Shown here: piece after piece, positions 61,965-64,000 of the stretch
Layout of the letters: every line of letters starts with the position of its first letter
Position numbering within the stretch: position 1 is the first letter of the stretch
Source of the DNA: an uncultured Acidobacteriota bacterium
GTDB lineage: Bacteria > Actinomycetota > Acidimicrobiia > Spongiisociales > ZC4RG35
Reading direction: 5' to 3'
Assembly: GCA_963720925.1 (NCBI GenBank)
Contig: CAVRHE010000003.1
Location: 1,263 to 65,262, forward strand
DNA length: 64,000 nt
Notes under the pieces: generated by a model
The model's database searches: none
Seen by the model: only the letters and a program-made list of their open reading frames with translations
What the model was told of the DNA's origin: nothing
Made by a program: the position numbers and the translations under genes

Positions 61965-64000
61965 TCGCCCGACAGACGGCGGAGCGGCTCAGATCGCCCC
62001 GATCCGGCACTCGTCTGCGCCAGCAGGGTGGCCTCGGTCGTGCTCACCAACGATTCGATCGCGATCGGCATATCCGAACCGGTCCGGACTGACTCCACGA
62101 ACGCTCCGATCTGGGCCGCCTGACCCTTGTCCACCTTCCCCCTCGAACGACGAACTGTCTTACCCCGATCCGACCAAATCGTCGCCTCCTTGAAATTGTC
62201 GAGGCGGGCCGTCCGGGATGAACCCGAGACGAGGAACGTCTCTTTCGGGTAGGTACGGCTCCCCCTGGTGAGATACGAGATGAGCCCTATCGAGCCGCCG
62301 GGATAGCGCAGAATCACTTCGAGGTCGTCCACCTCTCCAGGGGACGGATGGCCCGCCACCTCAAGCGGGTCTTCGCCCAGCCACCATGACAAGGCGTCGA
62401 TGAAGTGGCCGCCCTCGCCATCGAAACGGGAACCGTATCGAGAGACGTCCCGGTACCAGCTGTCGTTGTCGAGAGGCCCGGCGTTCACGATGTAATGCAG
62501 GTGCTGCTCGCCATGCCCTACGCCCCAAGATTCCTTCAGCTGGCGCAGGAGGGGCGCGAACCTGCGATTGAACCCGACCATCAGCCGTTGATTCCCTGAC
62601 GATCGGATCGACTCGATGACCTGATCGAGCTCCCCCCTGTTCGTGGCCAGCGGCTTCTCCACGAACACCGCCTTTCCGGCGGCGATCAACTCGGAGACCA
62701 TCCGCGCATGCAGATCGTGGCGTGTGGCGATCACGACGGCATCGATCGCGTCGTCGTCGATCAGGGTCTGGTAGTCAGACGTGATGCGGTCGAATCCGAA
62801 CCTCTGCTGCGCCGTGGCACCGGAGAGGGCAGTGGCTGTAGCAACCACCGAGAGATGCACGTCGGGGTTCGACGCCAGATGTGGCAACAACATGGTGCTG
62901 GCGTAGTTGCCACTGCCGATCACTCCGAGGCCGACCTTGCCGGATCTGGTCCCCATGTCTGCCCGTTTGCCCAGGTGAAGGATCCGCTCTATCGATGTCT
63001 CCTGCGTGTACGCGAACAGGCTCCCGATTGCGCGCGACTCCCCGGAGAGAAGCCGTTCATAGGCTTCGACCGAGCCGTCGAAAGGGATGATCTCGTCGAT
63101 CAGGCTCTCCAACCGGATCTTGTCGGCAGCAACCAGGTCGAGGAAGGACCTCATATTCCGCTGCTCGGTCCATCTCACATACCCGATCGGATAGTCGACA
63201 CCCTCTTCTTCATATCTCGGGTCATACCTTCCCGGGCCGTAAGACCTCGAGAAGCGCACATCGATCTCTTTTTCGTAATAGGGCTTCCACGGGAGATCGA
63301 GCGGCAGCTTGCCGACATCGACGATTCGAGCCTTGTCTCTTGCGATTTCCACCGCCATGCTCACGGGCTGGTCGGAGTCGGTGGCGGCGGCGAGGAAAAC
63401 GACATCGGCACCGTGACCATCGGTGAGCTCGAGAAGCCTTTCTCTCACCCGAGACGCAGATTGTCCATCAGGCGCTCCGGCAGCGCGGGCGCCCGATCGC
63501 TCGGCCAAGCCGCAACGCTCCTCCGACGGGTCCACTCCGACGACGTTGACCCCGGCCGCATCGGCGATCTGCACCAGCAGCTGGCCGATGAGACCCAGCC
63601 CGATCACACAGACCGTCTCGCCGATCGTGGCCTCGGAGCGCCGGAACGCCTGCATGGCGATCGCGCCCACGGTGGCAAAGGCGGCGTGCTCGGCTTTGAC
63701 CCCATCGGGAACGAGCGCGCACAAGTTCCGGGGTACATAGTTGAACTCGGCATGCAGGGCGTACTCGTTTCCGCCACAGGCGACCCGACTGCCGACCGGC
63801 AGTTCTGGGACCGTGGACTCGACGACCGTGCCCGACAGTGAGTAGCCGAGCGGGGTGTAAGAGTCGAGTCGGTTCATGACCTTGCGATAGGTGGCACCTA
63901 CACCCTGCTGGGACACGGAATCGAGCACTTTCCGAACCTGATCGGGCCTGGCCCGGGCCTTGCCGAGGAGAGACATCTTGCTCTCGGCGATCTTCATCAA
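61961..64000 (-). CDS. Bi-domain oxidoreductase: zinc-type alcohol-dehydrogenase (MDR) domain + Gfo/Idh/MocA domain; 5' end beyond the right edge
   Basis: The MDR part contains ...CGGNEYALHAEF..., VCVIGLGLIGQLL and ...VVGVDPS... The Gfo/Idh/MocA part contains VGLGVIGSGNYAS..., VFVEKPLA. The alignment expected for this family suggests about 40-60 N-terminal residues lie outside the window. Confidence 0.75.
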   Translation of the reverse strand: MMKIAESKMSLLGKARARPDQVRKVLDSVSQQGVGATYRKVMNRLDSYTPLGYSLSGTVVESTVPELPVGSRVACGGNEYALHAEFNYVPRNLCALVPDGVKAEHAAFATVGAIAMQAFRRSEATIGETVCVIGLGLIGQLLVQIADAAGVNVVGVDPSEERCGLAERSGARAAGAPDGQSASRVRERLLELTDGHGADVVFLAAATDSDQPVSMAVEIARDKARIVDVGKLPLDLPWKPYYEKEIDVRFSRSYGPGRYDPRYEEEGVDYPIGYVRWTEQRNMRSFLDLVAADKIRLESLIDEIIPFDGSVEAYERLLSGESRAIGSLFAYTQETSIERILHLGKRADMGTRSGKVGLGVIGSGNYASTMLLPHLASNPDVHLSVVATATALSGATAQQRFGFDRITSDYQTLIDDDAIDAVVIATRHDLHARMVSELIAAGKAVFVEKPLATNRGELDQVIESIRSSGNQRLMVGFNRRFAPLLRQLKESWGVGHGEQHLHYIVNAGPLDNDSWYRDVSRYGSRFDGEGGHFIDALSWWLGEDPLEVAGHPSPGEVDDLEVILRYPGGSIGLISYLTRGSRTYPKETFLVSGSSRTARLDNFKEATIWSDRGKTVRRSRGKVDKGQAAQIGAFVESVRTGSDMPIAIESLVSTTEATLLAQTSAGSGRSEPLRRLSGD

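Noticed and set aside
1-64000. A search for mobile elements, prophage genes, defence systems, tRNA/rRNA genes and CRISPR arrays.
   Set aside because: No transposase, integrase, recombinase, terminal inverted repeat pair, restriction/abortive-infection signature or tRNA-like cloverleaf was recognised by eye. The only scar of rearrangement is the DUF385 remnant at 56957-57114.

Overview
This is a 64-kb window of a high-GC, Actinomycetota-like chromosome. It uses many GTG/TTG starts and frequent ATGA/GTGA start-stop overlaps, and it encodes SLH-like and DUF385/F420-type proteins. I recognised no rRNA, tRNA, CRISPR array, transposase or integrase.

Positions 1-6750 are a minus-strand housekeeping block: rimI, tsaB, tsaE, a family-4 uracil-DNA glycosylase, a DmpA-type peptidase, alr, nnr, a methyltransferase and acpS.

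From about 6750 to the right edge the window is dominated by one very large cell-envelope glycan locus. Its components are:
- Sugar activation and modification: a DegT-type aminotransferase, a CapD/PglF-like dehydratase, epimerase/dehydratases, two nucleotide-sugar 6-dehydrogenases, a UXS-like decarboxylase and Gfo/Idh/MocA oxidoreductases.
- Assembly: a WecA/MraY-type initiating transferase, seven GT4 genes (one fused to a GNAT) and one GT2.
- Decoration: a NodB deacetylase, GNATs, an LtaS/EptA-like transferase, two sulfotransferases and four APH-fold kinase-like genes.
- Export and length control: a Wzz/BY-kinase-like co-polymerase and an ABC-2 exporter pair.
- A cytoplasmic heparinase II/III-like protein next to a bi-domain oxidoreductase.
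- Secreted or anchored proteins: two TolB-like propellers, two purple-acid-phosphatase-like proteins, a beta-propeller phytase, a CRTAC1/FG-GAP lipoprotein and an SLH-LRR protein.

A small regulatory/stress island (TauE, Rrf2, YceI, MarR, DUF385) sits at 51.4-54.4 kb.

The main second-look items are:
1. The sulfotransferase, kinase and ABC-exporter combination, which suggests a sulfated and/or phosphorylated glycan that is undescribed for this kind of organism.
2. A propeller gene built from five near-identical 108-bp tandem units.
3. A paralogous phosphoesterase pair in which one copy has lost metal-ligand motifs.
4. A co-polymerase whose kinase-like domain has no Walker motifs.
5. A multiply broken SLH-LRR gene.
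6. At least eleven other genes interrupted by single-base frame changes, almost all of the same +1 type. These are either systematic consensus errors or genuine decay, and all functional predictions depend on resolving which.
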